A stretch of 64,000 bases of DNA from Candidatus Woesearchaeota archaeon (GTDB lineage Archaea > Nanobdellota > Nanobdellia > SCGC-AAA011-G17 > PNOQ01): the NCBI GenBank assembly GCA_964603065.1, contig CAZRTL010000005.1:4700-68699 (forward strand), in the 5' to 3' direction. This document shows, one piece after another, positions 56,971 to 64,000 of this stretch. Within the stretch, counting starts at the first letter, position 1; each line of letters begins with the position of its first letter. Under the pieces are notes generated by a model. That model made no database searches. It saw nothing but the letters and a program-made list of their open reading frames with translations, and was not told the origin of the DNA. Both the position numbers and the translations under genes were made by a program.

Positions 56971-57576
56971 CTAACTCTTCCTAGCATAAATTTCTAACCA
57001 TTTGTTATCTTCAGTAGAATTAACCTCAGAAATAGAAACCTCAAAACCTGCTTCTTCCAAATATTCACTCATTTCTTTCTCTTCGTATAAATAAATTCTC
57101 CTAGCTTCTTCACCATACTCGGCTTTCTCAACGTCAACTTCTCCTTCCCCTTCATAAACTGACAAATATAAAACACCTTTCTCCCCCAAAACTCTATTAA
57201 ATTCTTTCAAAACACTAGGAAGTTCTTTAGGGGAAATGTGGTATAAACTAGCCATACACCAAATTCCGTCAAAAGAATTATCTTTGAAGGACATTTTTCT
57301 AAAATCCATAACTTTGAATTTTCCTTCTGGAACATTCTTTTTAGATTCTGCTATCATATTTCTAGAAGCATCTATACCAATTGGCTCAAAACCATCTTCT
57401 AGAAAGTACTCGACATCTCTTCCAACTCCACATCCGGCATCTAAAACTCTTTTGCCTTTCAACATAGAACTAAATTTTGTTAATTGAAATTGCATAAGCT
57501 TATGATAATTATATTCAGAATAAATCTTAGCTATTTTATTATAAACCTTAACAGCTTCTTTTAACTTATCTTCCAT
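56971..57576 (-). CDS. class I SAM-dependent methyltransferase
   Basis: VLDAGCGVGRD motif I. Confidence 0.75.
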   Translation of the reverse strand: MEDKLKEAVKVYNKIAKIYSEYNYHKLMQFQLTKFSSMLKGKRVLDAGCGVGRDVEYFLEDGFEPIGIDASRNMIAESKKNVPEGKFKVMDFRKMSFKDNSFDGIWCMASLYHISPKELPSVLKEFNRVLGEKGVLYLSVYEGEGEVDVEKAEYGEEARRIYLYEEKEMSEYLEEAGFEVSISEVNSTEDNKWLEIYARKS

Positions 57577-57628
57577 AAAATTAAAGATAAAATTAAATTT
57601 AAAAAGTTTTCTTTAGTACAAAATAACC

Positions 57629-58072
57629 TTAAAACTTAACTCTTCTTCCTTTTGGGACAAAATTCAACACTCTTTCTCCTAAAGATTTCCCACAACCCAA
57701 AAATTCATTTTTATGTTTAACAATAACATAACCCTTATCAAATTCTAAATTCAAATCATTACCAACCATCCACTCTTCAAACTGTTTTTCATCCAACTCT
57801 AAAATATTTTTTTTCGCTTCAAATAATTGAGAACCATCAATACTGAATCTCAAACCATCATTCATAATAGTTAAAAAATATAAACCAATATTATTAATTT
57901 TTATTTTAGAAAAATCATGCTCTCCAAATTCTTTAGTAATAATATAAATTCTATCTTTTGGAGTTCTAAAAACTAAATAATTTTTAAAATCAAAAACATT
58001 TCCAAATTGTTCTTTCAACTGATTATTTAATTTTTTAATTCTCTTACTGTTTAACAACTCAAAGTTTTTCAT
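57629..58072 (-). CDS. hypothetical protein
   Basis: ORF only. Confidence 0.3.
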   Translation of the reverse strand: MKNFELLNSKRIKKLNNQLKEQFGNVFDFKNYLVFRTPKDRIYIITKEFGEHDFSKIKINNIGLYFLTIMNDGLRFSIDGSQLFEAKKNILELDEKQFEEWMVGNDLNLEFDKGYVIVKHKNEFLGCGKSLGERVLNFVPKGRRVKF

Positions 58073-58149
58073 AAATATAAATACAATAACCCACTTTTAA
58101 AACTATTCAAAATAGCAAAATTTAAATATAAATCCTACTCCATAAGGGC

Positions 58150-59577
58150 ATGAAAGTAAAAAAGGGGGTAATGACATTTCTCATACTATTAATCTTAACT
58201 AACTCTACATACGCGATAACCGAAATACTATTCTCGATTCCTTGCATTCCAAGTAATCCAGACTGGCCAGACTGTTTAAATGATGAAAATTCTTTACCAG
58301 AACCGGGGGAAGAAAAATCTAGTTTCAAACAATGTGATTATCCTGGAGAATGTCTCACACCCGATTCAATTCTTTATCAACCTGGCATGTACTGCAACGA
58401 AAATGGAGTATTAGAAGCGAACTGCCAAACATGTGGCTGTGACGGAAATGGAGTTTGCAACGCACCAACTGGAACCTGTACTTGTACAGATGGTACTCCT
58501 TTAGGAGCGTGTTCAACAAATAAACCAAAATTCTGTAATGGTGGATATCTAGTAAATAATTGTGAATATTGTGGTTGTTCTGAAAATGCTTGTTGCTATG
58601 AAGATTCCGGAATGTGCTCTCCTTACAATCAAGAATGTTATGATGGATGCATAGCAAATTATGTTGAAAATAGCAGAACAATAGGAGAAGAATGTGAATC
58701 GACAGAAGACTGTCCTGAAGGAACAAGGTGTTACGGCTGTCAATGTATAGAAATACACGCAGATACACAGTCTTCTTGTCCAAATTATTGGGGGGAAGTG
58801 GGATTTGAGTATCAAGATGGCATTTACTCTTGCCAATTAATCAATGTAAATAGTGGCTATACAGATCCATTATATGCAGATTATATGGATTATTTAATTG
58901 ACGATGCTTTAGACTGTTGTGAAAACCAAGAAGCAGTATCTGAAGGAAACAAAGATATTTGTGAAGCAATACACGAAGCGTACGATCCTCAAACAATAAG
59001 GGATTGCACAGCTAGATTCATAAATAAACATATCAATGATTGCTTTTACAATCCTGAAAGTGAAGGGTGTTTTTATTTTGGAAATTATTACTATCCTGAA
59101 TTATGTTGTGCAGATCACGAACTATGTGAGTTTGGAGGGGGCACTCCTAACACATGCAGCCCTAATGAATCAACCATAGGTGTGTATAATAACTATGTCC
59201 AATCATTAACTTGCGCCTATAATGATTGTCGATTTACCCCTCAACCAGCGTGGAAAAGTATGATGTTATTACAAACGGGGACATGTCAAGATTACTCTTT
59301 TGTTTTGACCACCCTCAATAGAAGAACTGGATATCATAATTTAGATCAAGGAGATCTAGTACTGTCTACAGATAACAATGTGCACACTTATAATTTTATT
59401 TGGCTTGATGTGTATGGTAAATGGGTAGTTTCGAATTATGGTAAATTTTACCCGAGCGATACTGAAGATTTACATCAGTGTACCACTGATGCCCAGAGAT
59501 GCTATAATGAATATGAAGAATTTTATTGTAGCTCATCATGGAAACAAGATCATCTATCTGGTTGTGAAAATGGATAA
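58150..59577 (+). CDS. secreted Cys-rich protein (about 50 Cys)
   Basis: Signal peptide plus dense CxC/CxxC content. Confidence 0.5.
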   Translation: MKVKKGVMTFLILLILTNSTYAITEILFSIPCIPSNPDWPDCLNDENSLPEPGEEKSSFKQCDYPGECLTPDSILYQPGMYCNENGVLEANCQTCGCDGNGVCNAPTGTCTCTDGTPLGACSTNKPKFCNGGYLVNNCEYCGCSENACCYEDSGMCSPYNQECYDGCIANYVENSRTIGEECESTEDCPEGTRCYGCQCIEIHADTQSSCPNYWGEVGFEYQDGIYSCQLINVNSGYTDPLYADYMDYLIDDALDCCENQEAVSEGNKDICEAIHEAYDPQTIRDCTARFINKHINDCFYNPESEGCFYFGNYYYPELCCADHELCEFGGGTPNTCSPNESTIGVYNNYVQSLTCAYNDCRFTPQPAWKSMMLLQTGTCQDYSFVLTTLNRRTGYHNLDQGDLVLSTDNNVHTYNFIWLDVYGKWVVSNYGKFYPSDTEDLHQCTTDAQRCYNEYEEFYCSSSWKQDHLSGCENG

Positions 59578-60382
59578 AGCAAAATTAACTGGAATACTAA
59601 TACTGTTCATCCTTTCAATAAATTTAAGCTTAGCAAATGTAAATGAAATAATATTAGAAAACAATATGGATGGAAGTTATAATATAGAAGAGAACACAAT
59701 TCACAAATTTACAGTAACCAACACAAAAAATACACTCCAATCAATAAAAATAATAAGACAAATCAATCCAGAAGAAACTCTAGTCTCATACCCTAATGCA
59801 ATTATTAAGTATATGCAACTAGAACACATGGAAATTCCTTACTTAGAATATGATATAGATCTCCAAAAAAACCAAGAGAAACAATTTGAAGTAAAAGTAA
59901 AATATGATTATCTACCTTATAATGGAAAGGTTATTCTTCCAAGTATATTCGTAAAAGATTCTAAAACCGAAAGATTAGTTGGAAAATCTATGTACGAAGT
60001 AATTCAAATAGAGTGTAAAATTGATAATATATGTGACAAAAAAGTCAAAGAAAATAGCCTAAACTGTCCAGAAGACTGCCAATCTGGAGAAGAAGATGGT
60101 ATTTGTGATATGAAAGAAGACGGAAAATGTGATCCAAATTGCTTAACATATCTAGACTCAGATTGTGAAGAGGGGGAAGGAATAATAAAAATACCAGAAA
60201 TTCCAAAAAAAGAAATAATTGAAAAGAAAACAAAATCTAAAATTAAAATTACCCAAGAAGAAATTAATAAAGTAATAGAAAATTTTGAAAAAAATAACTT
60301 TGGAATACAAAAAGAAATAAAAAAATCTCAAGAAACTTTATTAAATAAGATAATAAAATTCTTCAAAGAAACAATGTTATAA
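59570..60382 (+). CDS. secreted protein with a C-terminal Cys/acidic module
   Basis: Start moved to MDKAKLTGILILF (ATGGATAA overlaps the upstream stop); DCQSGEEDGICDMKEDGKCDPNC. Confidence 0.45.
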   Translation: MDKAKLTGILILFILSINLSLANVNEIILENNMDGSYNIEENTIHKFTVTNTKNTLQSIKIIRQINPEETLVSYPNAIIKYMQLEHMEIPYLEYDIDLQKNQEKQFEVKVKYDYLPYNGKVILPSIFVKDSKTERLVGKSMYEVIQIECKIDNICDKKVKENSLNCPEDCQSGEEDGICDMKEDGKCDPNCLTYLDSDCEEGEGIIKIPEIPKKEIIEKKTKSKIKITQEEINKVIENFEKNNFGIQKEIKKSQETLLNKIIKFFKETML

Positions 60383-60383
60383 T

Positions 60384-62018
60384 TTATCTGTGTGTAAAAA
60401 TAAACTCCAAAGTTTTTCCTTTTCTATCTAACCTAACAAAACCAAATCTCTCAAATTGAGCAACATCACCCTCATTCAATTTTTTCACAGAAGGTTCAAC
60501 AACCCCACTAATATATTTACCATTATCCATCAAAACTTTAACTTTAACTAAATCTTTCGAAACAGGCAACCAATGAATTAATTTAGCCTTTAATTTTTTA
60601 TCCAATTCCTCAGAAATAAATTTATTATTTTTAAAATTAAATAAGTGCATAAACCTATAATTTTTGCCTTTCTTCAAAACATCAGAAACATAAAATTCAT
60701 TTTCAACCTTAAATTTTCTATTCCCTCTTTCCAAATGGTCTGGATGTAAAGGCACTTCAACTCTTTTTCCTATAAAATCAGCTATCCTAACTTTTTTAGG
60801 TTTCTCAATAAAAAAATATCTATTTGCTTTATCATCGATAATTCTCCTATTTTTAACAACCAAATCGTCCCAAGTCATAGTACTTTCAGATTTAGAAATT
60901 CCAGTGGACAAAGTAAAATTAATTAAAGATTCGGGTAAAAACCCCCTTCTTCTTAAAGCAACCAAGGTTGTTAATCTAGGATCATCCCAACCTTTCAACT
61001 GTTTTTTCTTAATTTTTTCTCTAATTATTCTCCCGGATGATAAAATTCCTTTCATATTAAATCTAGCAAATTCATAAGTTTTAGTAACAGTCAATTTTAA
61101 CATTTCTTGAATATGTCTTTGCAACTCGGCCATAGCCTCAAACTCCTTTCCCCTCAATCTATGAGTAACTCCAAAATAACCATCCATAATGGAATTCTGA
61201 AATTCATAAGTTGGCCAAATCCTATAACTTTTTTTTGTTCTTGGATGTTCTTTAGTAATTATTCTAAAAATAGCTGGATCTCTCATAATTGCATTTTTAT
61301 GATTCATATCGACTTTTAATCTAACAATACTACTTCCTTTCCTAGCTTCAAAAAAATCCAACCAATTTCTTAAATTTTGATTTTCATCAACGCTTCTACA
61401 CTTACATGAAGTTTTTTTTCTTCTATTTTCTTTTATCGTATCAGGTTTACAAAAACAAATATAAGCTTGATTCTTCTCAATTACCTTCCTTCCAAAATCA
61501 TAAAACATATCCATATAATCAGAAGCATATTGTAGCTTATCCCATTTCACATCCATCCATTTAAAATTATCCAACATAATATCATAAAATTTATTTTCAA
61601 CTAATTCAGGATTAGTATCTTCAAACCTCAAAATAAATTTACCCCCATATTCCTTAGCTAACAAATAATTTAACAATAAGGCCTTGGCATGTCCAATATG
61701 GGGGTATTTTTCTGGCCCTGGAGGAAATGCAGTAACAATTTTCTCATTATCGCCAATTTTCAAAAAATCGAAAATTCCAGTTTCTTTTTTTATTTTTTCA
61801 ACTTCCCCTAATTTTTCAAGTTCTTTCTTTTGATCCTCTAATTTCATAGAATTAACATCATTAACAACTTTATTCAAGTCCTGCATAGTTTTCTTCATAT
61901 CCCCTTTCAACTTAGGGTATTTTCCAATTAAATGTCCAACCACTGCCTTAATATTTGCTTTTCCATTATAAGAAACGGCATTATCTAGAACATATCGCTT
62001 AATATCTGCTTTATTCAT
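60384..62018 (-). CDS. gltX: glutamyl-tRNA synthetase (archaeal Glu/GlnRS type)
   Basis: PPGPEKYPHIGHAKALLLNY...LRFEDTNP; 544 aa. Confidence 0.85.
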   Translation of the reverse strand: MNKADIKRYVLDNAVSYNGKANIKAVVGHLIGKYPKLKGDMKKTMQDLNKVVNDVNSMKLEDQKKELEKLGEVEKIKKETGIFDFLKIGDNEKIVTAFPPGPEKYPHIGHAKALLLNYLLAKEYGGKFILRFEDTNPELVENKFYDIMLDNFKWMDVKWDKLQYASDYMDMFYDFGRKVIEKNQAYICFCKPDTIKENRRKKTSCKCRSVDENQNLRNWLDFFEARKGSSIVRLKVDMNHKNAIMRDPAIFRIITKEHPRTKKSYRIWPTYEFQNSIMDGYFGVTHRLRGKEFEAMAELQRHIQEMLKLTVTKTYEFARFNMKGILSSGRIIREKIKKKQLKGWDDPRLTTLVALRRRGFLPESLINFTLSTGISKSESTMTWDDLVVKNRRIIDDKANRYFFIEKPKKVRIADFIGKRVEVPLHPDHLERGNRKFKVENEFYVSDVLKKGKNYRFMHLFNFKNNKFISEELDKKLKAKLIHWLPVSKDLVKVKVLMDNGKYISGVVEPSVKKLNEGDVAQFERFGFVRLDRKGKTLEFIFTHR

Positions 62019-62134
62019 AAAATAAAATTAGTAACCTCCATTTATAAAATTTATTCTAGGGGTTTAATATTACTAATAAGTAATTACAGTAGAAAAGCTT
62101 AAATAAGAAAAAATTATCAAAATGTTCTATTAAA

Positions 62135-62576
62135 ATGAGAGAGAGAGAGATTATTCAAAACAATAAAAAAAGAACTTGATAATGGAAAATCGCCCAGCGA
62201 GGCAATTTCAGCAATAAAAGAAGATCCAAACTTACACAAAGAAGCAAATTTATTTTGTGAACAATGTGGGAATTGTTGCAAAAAAAGGTGCAGTAATATA
62301 GAAGTAGGAGAAGATGGATTAACTTATTGTCTATTACATGATGAAGATCCTGGAGAAAAAAAAGTTCCGAGCTCTTCAGATATCTATCAAAAACTAGATC
62401 CTTCAGAATTCACAAAGCCAGAAGTATGTCGGAGCTATGGTCCTCATACTGTATTTTCTGCAATTTTAAGTTATGAAATAAAAGGTGACTGGGCTATGGC
62501 TCAAGAAACAAAGAGATTTTGTAAAGGGGCACATAGTATGTTCATAGAATTTGAAAAATGGAAGAATCTAAGCTAA
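62135..62576 (+). pseudogene. YkgJ/UPF0153-like CxxCxxCC protein gene, out of frame with its ATG as sequenced
   Basis: Frame +1 is open for 145 codons (62139-62573; FCEQCGNCCKKRC) but has no ATG/GTG/TTG near its 5' end. ATG 62135 joins it only if the AG tract has 7 units. Confidence 0.4.
62138..62149. repeat. (AG)6 dinucleotide tract immediately 3' of an ATG
   Basis: atg AGAGAGAGAGAG a tt at 62135-62152. Confidence 0.9.
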
Positions 62577-62743
62577 AGGAAATACCTGATTATGAATTAA
62601 ACAGGAGGAGAGTAATAACTGGAATAACTCTTGCTACACTAATACTTGAATCACTTATATTCTTTTCAGTGAAAAATCAAGATTTAGAAGTTGAAAAAAA
62701 ACCAGAATATAATATTTCCTCAATCCATAAAACCCCTTATTAG
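62558..62743 (+). CDS. hypothetical 61-aa protein with one TM
   Basis: ORF; overlaps the 3' end of the CxxCxxCC frame. Confidence 0.2.
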   Translation: MEESKLKEIPDYELNRRRVITGITLATLILESLIFFSVKNQDLEVEKKPEYNISSIHKTPY

Positions 62744-62793
62744 AATTCATAACTACATCTCCAGAACTTTAGTTTTCAAAAAATAACAAAAAC

Positions 62794-62801
62794 TTTATAA
62801 A
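62794..62801 (+). promoter_or_regulatory. TATA box (TTTATAAA) for the L7Ae-S28e-L24e-ndk operon
   Basis: About 50 nt upstream of ATG 62850, which is preceded by TAGGAGGGTT. Confidence 0.4.
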
Positions 62802-62849
62802 CCCAACAAATTCTCAAAAACTAATTAACCTAATGATAGGAGGGTTAGA

Positions 62850-63143
62850 ATGGCGGAAATAACACAAGAAAAAGCTTATGAAAGTATTGAACTGGCAAAA
62901 AAATCCGGTAAGATAAAAAAAGGTACAAATGAAGTTACCAAGTCTGTTGAAAGAGGTACTGCAAAATTAGTAGTAGTTGCCAAGGATATTTCTCCTCAAG
63001 AGATTATTTTGCACTTAAAACCATTATGTGAAGAAAAAAGTATTCCTTTTGTAGAGGTTGATTCAAGAGAAGAATTAGGTGCAGCAGCAGGATTACAAGT
63101 TTCAACATCTGCGGTAGCAGTTCTTCAAGAAGGCAAGAAATAA
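62850..63143 (+). CDS. rpl7ae: 50S ribosomal protein L7Ae
   Basis: [48 protein letters not shown]. Confidence 0.85.
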   Translation: MAEITQEKAYESIELAKKSGKIKKGTNEVTKSVERGTAKLVVVAKDISPQEIILHLKPLCEEKSIPFVEVDSREELGAAAGLQVSTSAVAVLQEGKK

Positions 63144-63145
63144 AG

Positions 63146-63403
63146 ATGGCTGAGAAAAAAACCATAAAGAAAAAGGAAGATTCCAAACTCTTCAAAGAAG
63201 CAGTAGAAGCTAGAGTAGAAGAGATAGTTGGTAGAACCGGTATGAAAGGGGAAATTACCCAAGTTAGATGTAAAGTTCTTCAAGGAAGAGATGAAAATAA
63301 AATCCTAAGAAGAAATGTAAAGGGACCAATAAAACCTGGTGATTTATTAATGCTTAGAGAAACTGAAATAGAGGCTAGAAGAATTAATTCGAAAGGTAAA
63401 TAA
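63146..63403 (+). CDS. rps28e: 30S ribosomal protein S28e
   Basis: [51 protein letters not shown]. Confidence 0.85.
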   Translation: MAEKKTIKKKEDSKLFKEAVEARVEEIVGRTGMKGEITQVRCKVLQGRDENKILRRNVKGPIKPGDLLMLRETEIEARRINSKGK

Positions 63404-63405
63404 GA

Positions 63406-63573
63406 ATGGCTAAATGTTCATTTTGCACAAAGGAAATAGAAAAGGGAACAGGAAAGATATATATTTTTAAAACTGGAAAAATCTTGAACTTTTGTTCCAA
63501 TAAGTGTGAAAAGAATTTATTAAAATTAAAAAGAAAGCCTGTAAAGTTTAAATGGACCAAAAAAGAGGAATAA
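63406..63573 (+). CDS. rpl24e: 50S ribosomal protein L24e (55 aa; absent from the ORF track because it is under 60 aa)
   Basis: [45 protein letters not shown] zinc-ribbon pattern. Confidence 0.8.
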   Translation: MAKCSFCTKEIEKGTGKIYIFKTGKILNFCSNKCEKNLLKLKRKPVKFKWTKKEE

Positions 63574-64000
63574 TGGCAATTGAACAAACTTTAGTTTTAG
63601 TAAAACCTGATGGTGTTAAGAGAGGACTAATCGGGGAGATTATGAAAAGATTCGAACAAAGAGGTATGAAGATTGTCGGCCTAAAAATGGTCGAAGTTGA
63701 TCCAGATTTCTCAAAAAAACATTATGCTGCTCATGTTGATAAAGATTTTTACAAAGGATTAGAAACATTCATAACATCCGGTCCAGTTGTTGCTATGGTA
63801 ATCGAAGGAGTTTCATCCGTAGAAGTTGTAAGAAAAATAGTTGGCTCAACAGAACCAAAAACTGCACCAGTAGGAACAATTCGTGGGGATTATGCCCATG
63901 CTTCACTAGAACATGCAAATGGTAAAAAAGAATCTGCTCAAAATCTAATTCATGCTTCAGGAAATTTAGAAGAAGCTAAAGATGAAGTTGCTTTATGGTT
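63573..64000 (+). CDS. ndk: nucleoside diphosphate kinase (3' end beyond the window)
   Basis: EQTLVLVKPDGVKRGLIGEIMKRFEQRGMKIVGLKM...TSGPVVAMVIEG...PVGTIRGDYA; TAATG coupling with rpl24e. Confidence 0.85.
   Translation, partial: MAIEQTLVLVKPDGVKRGLIGEIMKRFEQRGMKIVGLKMVEVDPDFSKKHYAAHVDKDFYKGLETFITSGPVVAMVIEGVSSVEVVRKIVGSTEPKTAPVGTIRGDYAHASLEHANGKKESAQNLIHASGNLEEAKDEVALW

Overview
AT-rich (~30% GC) archaeal chromosome segment, most consistent with a small-genome DPANN-type archaeon. This is an inference from gene content, since no rRNA lies in the window. Archaeal information-processing genes form the backbone: ribosomal proteins S2, L35Ae, L10e, L7Ae, S28e and L24e; RNA polymerase Rpo6; the exosome superoperon Pop5-PsmA-SBDS-Rrp4-Rrp41-Rrp42; GluRS, TyrRS, Ndk, enolase, PEP synthase, and a pyrimidine cluster of UMP kinase, Tmk, a dCMP deaminase fusion and a ThyX-like protein. 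One tRNA-Val(TAC) overlaps the stop codon of a radical SAM gene. Interleaved with these are accessory and surface genes: many signal-peptide, Cys-rich and repeat-bearing secreted proteins; a MacB/FtsX-type ABC system; a RelE/ParE toxin-antitoxin pair behind a wHTH-nucleotidyltransferase; paralogous nucleotidyltransferases; and a LAGLIDADG endonuclease gene broken by an in-frame TGA. Six observations merit the most follow-up. (1) A bacterial-type lipoprotein pathway, Lgt plus LspA plus lipobox-Cys proteins, sits in an archaeal context. (2) A Ubl sulfur-relay set (cysteine desulfurase, TtuA/NcsA, a GlyGly-ended SAMP/TtuB and an E1) has a PQ-loop membrane protein translationally coupled to TtuA. 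(3) A ThyX-homologous protein is double-length and has RHR replaced by HSH. (4) An uncharacterised three-gene operon at 49.6-53.9 kb encodes a 482-aa unknown protein, an Endo IV-like TIM barrel carrying a ~250-aa insertion, and a poly-Lys nucleotidyltransferase. (5) A YkgJ-like CxxCxxCC gene is held out of frame by an (AG)6 tract directly after its ATG, which could be a slipped-strand phase switch or a sequencing error. (6) An unannotated pair of overlapping mini-ORFs has a textbook TATA box and Shine-Dalgarno. No CRISPR array, no rRNA, and no integrase or transposase was found.
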